From assembly GCA_003427395.1 (NCBI GenBank), contig BFEA01000020.1:3833336-3897335 (forward strand): a DNA stretch of 64,000 bases, read 5' to 3'. The notes under the pieces are model-generated. The model made no database searches. It was not told the DNA's origin and saw only the letters and a program-made list of their open reading frames with translations. Origin of the DNA: Chara braunii (taxonomy: Eukaryota; Plantae; Charophyceae). Position 1 is the first letter of the stretch, and each line of letters starts with the position of its first letter. Of this stretch, positions 61,414 through 64,000 are shown piece after piece. The translations under genes and the position numbers were made by a program.

Positions 61414-62775
61414 TAAACACATAAAACAACACCTCAAAAGTGCATTTTCAGGCAATTTTGCCAAAAAAAAAATCATCGAAATTTCAGGATTTTCAAGATG
61501 ATCAACAACACAAATTCTAATAACCCTAATGACACCAAATTTGTTAGACATAAAATCCAAAAAAACATAAAATTTAACCCCGAAACCCTAATTTTAGGAT
61601 CGTTCATGGTTACTCAGGGCCGAAAAGTGGGGGTCCCCGTTAATCGCTTGTGATGAGAGTGGTAGGGGAACTGAGGAGGGTAATCCTTGAGGCGGTTGAC
61701 GTAAAGGGCAAGCACATTGAGTTGCGTTTGTATGGGTGCAAGTGCATCGAATCATGCTTGCATAGGTACTAGGAGAAACGCGAGGGCGGTCTGAAGGTCC
61801 ACACTATGAGTATCTTCAACGACGTTGAATAAGTCGTATCTGTCTCGTTGTGGACTTCTACAACATCTCATTAATTTGACATATTGATTGTACAAATGAG
61901 CAGTTCTTACAGTGACTCAAACAGTCGCCCCAAAAATAAGAAATAAAATAAACATAAGGTAAAATTGTATATCAAAACGACTTCTGGCATCATCAAAAGG
62001 AATATGGGTCAAAACTTCAATCTGATTTGGACATACTTACTGAAGTGTCCTCCGAACCGTGCGAAATAGCAAGGGCCTAACCTTGGACTGTCGGTTGAAC
62101 GGGCTCCTGAGAGGTGGATGGCACCGCAGCGATCTCTTTGGAAGTACTCTCGTCCGTGTACGGTAGAGGAAGGGGGGTCGACATGGCGGGAGGTGGAGAA
62201 GAAGTTGAACTCCTGTGTGGGGAAAGAGGTCCACAACTAGGTAAGGGTGAAGCGATAGTTATTAGTGTGAGTCGTGTTGCTCCGGAACCGGTGGGTCGCG
62301 CCTAAGATGGTGGCGAGAAGCTAGTCGAGGGGAGAGGATCCGTTTGAATCCAGGTTGCTTGAAGGGAGGAGTCGGGAAAGAAAAGGGGGCTAGGAGAATC
62401 CTAAACCCTAAGGAAACCCCAATCGGAGTAAGAGGAGGTCAGGGTGGAGTAGCAGCAACCTAATCAAGAAAAAAAAATAGCAACGATGACGGGGAGGTGG
62501 GAGGAAAAATAAATAAATGGTGAAATTTTGAGATAAAAATAAAATAAATAAATAAATAAGTAATTCAAATAAAAAATGGATAAAACTGAAAAAAGAAAAA
62601 TATTTATTTTTTGGAATTTTCGGCAGCCTTTCCCCATCCCCCATTCGCTCAAGATGTGCCAAGAGAAGAGAAAAGACAAAGAAAACACACTAACTTTCAA
62701 AATACTGTCAATCAAAGGAGAACGAAAAACAAACAAGTTTTTATTTTTCAAAAATTTCGGCAGCATTTTGTTACT

Positions 62776-63935
62776 TGTTACATCTTCGATGCCACACGGG
62801 TCCTACCGAACCCAACGTAGGGGTAGAGGGACACAGTAGGGCCGAAGGCCCGACCTTGGGGGGTGCTACAGGCCGTAAAGGCCTTACCTTGGACCAGACC
62901 CGACGGGCCGGCCCAAATGATATTACCGTTTGGGCTTGGCGGCGCTCTTGAGGCTGCCGCCCGCCGGTTGAGGCTGAACCGTCCATCTGGACGGTTCAGG
63001 GCACGATCAGGCCTCGCAGCATAGAGACAGACCTCCGCCCACCGGTACAAAAGTACCGGTCCAGCCTCAGTGAGGCTATCGACCTACCGGCATTCTACCG
63101 GTACGGTATGGTACAGCGCGATACGGCGTTGGCGCTAAGTTTAGCACAGGATCAGCGAGGAGTAGCAGCACAGCATTAGCGCAGCAGCAGCGAGCGAGCA
63201 GCAGCAGCGGCGACTGAGTGTGCCGGCGGCCATAGCCGCCTGAGGTATCGGGAGTTGGAGGCCTCTCTCCTCCCTCCCCTCGCCAGTCCCATCTCTCTCT
63301 CTCTCTCTCCTCCTCGGCTCCTTCTTCTTCTTCTTCTTCTTCTTCTTCTTCTTCTTCTTCTTCTTCTTCTTCTTCTTTTCAGACATCATCTTCTTCTTCT
63401 TCTTCTCCTTCTTCTTCTTCTTCAGATTGGAGACTTATACTAGTGGACAGAGATCAGTGTTGGACTTCGGTGGTATGAGACTGTGGTACTTACCAGATTG
63501 GAGACTTGGAGATTGTTGGGGCTGATACTTGGCGGCATCACAGTTCGGACGCCGGTTACATTTGGACTTTGTATCTCTGACATTGGTGACTGATTGTTCT
63601 CGACATTTTGAACTTGTTGGATGACATTTTGGACTACCATATCGGTGACCTATCGGACTCTATCTCGGTGACCTACCGGTGTTGTCTACCTCCCCCACCT
63701 CCTTCGTCTCTCCTCCCACCTTTCATCTGTGTATGTGTGTACGGGATCTGGGGATCGTCCATGCTTGGCCCAGACCCCACCATCTCACGATTGTATATGT
63801 GTGGAGTGATTCTTGAGTCAGTCTATGTGAGTCAGTCTATGTGAGTCAGTCCGTTTATCAAACTTCCGTTGCATATATGCTCATCCTACATTGGTTGATC
63901 TTTGGTTCTGCCCATACTCATTGAAGTATGTAACA
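62776..63935 (+). mobile_element. 5' LTR (1160 bp) of another LTR retrotransposon
   Basis: TGTTACATCTTC...GAAGTATGTAACA inverted termini, followed by a PBS. Confidence 0.75.
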
Positions 63936-63939
63936 GTTT

Positions 63940-63951
63940 TGGTATCGGAGC
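63940..63951 (+). promoter_or_regulatory. Primer binding site, tRNA-iMet
   Basis: TGGTATCGGAGC versus the canonical TGGTATCAGAGC. Confidence 0.8.
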
Positions 63952-64000
63952 AGACCAATTACGGAGCTGCTCACCAGGTAAGACTGATTTAGGGATTAGC

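Noticed and set aside
63141-63233. Signal-peptide gene start MAAGTLSRRCCC...
   Set aside because: It stops after 30 codons and lies in CAG-rich sequence inside an LTR.

Overview
Eukaryotic, repeat-dominated draft-assembly window with several N gaps. The transposon content, microsatellites and plant-type mitochondrial fragments suggest a streptophyte alga such as Chara; this is inference. In order it contains: a minimal hammerhead ribozyme (1-40); a tRNA-derived SINE with a target-site duplication (TSD); TTAA-flanked MITEs; a non-autonomous Mutator-like element; a decayed Penelope-like element with N-terminal GIY-YIG, RT and an upstream zinc-knuckle ORF (4989-10203); a possible two-exon host gene fragment with an upstream ACGTGGCA cluster; and hAT elements next to or inside Ty3/Gypsy remnants. 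A ~31 kb non-autonomous LTR element (21425-52373) has ~7.2-7.4 kb LTRs, a tRNA-Asp PBS and a 4-bp TSD, and its 5' LTR holds a nested ~10.2 kb solo LTR of a sister family. Beyond it lie a minus-strand Gypsy relic with a triplicated protease and an inserted mitochondrial fragment, and the 5' LTR plus PBS of another element. The most striking feature is an array of 10-16 hairpins inside each giant LTR: stems vary but stay paired, while the apical core is near-invariant within a family and completely different between the two families. Assembly artefacts are also visible (a Nextera junction adapter and a collapsed repeat fill).
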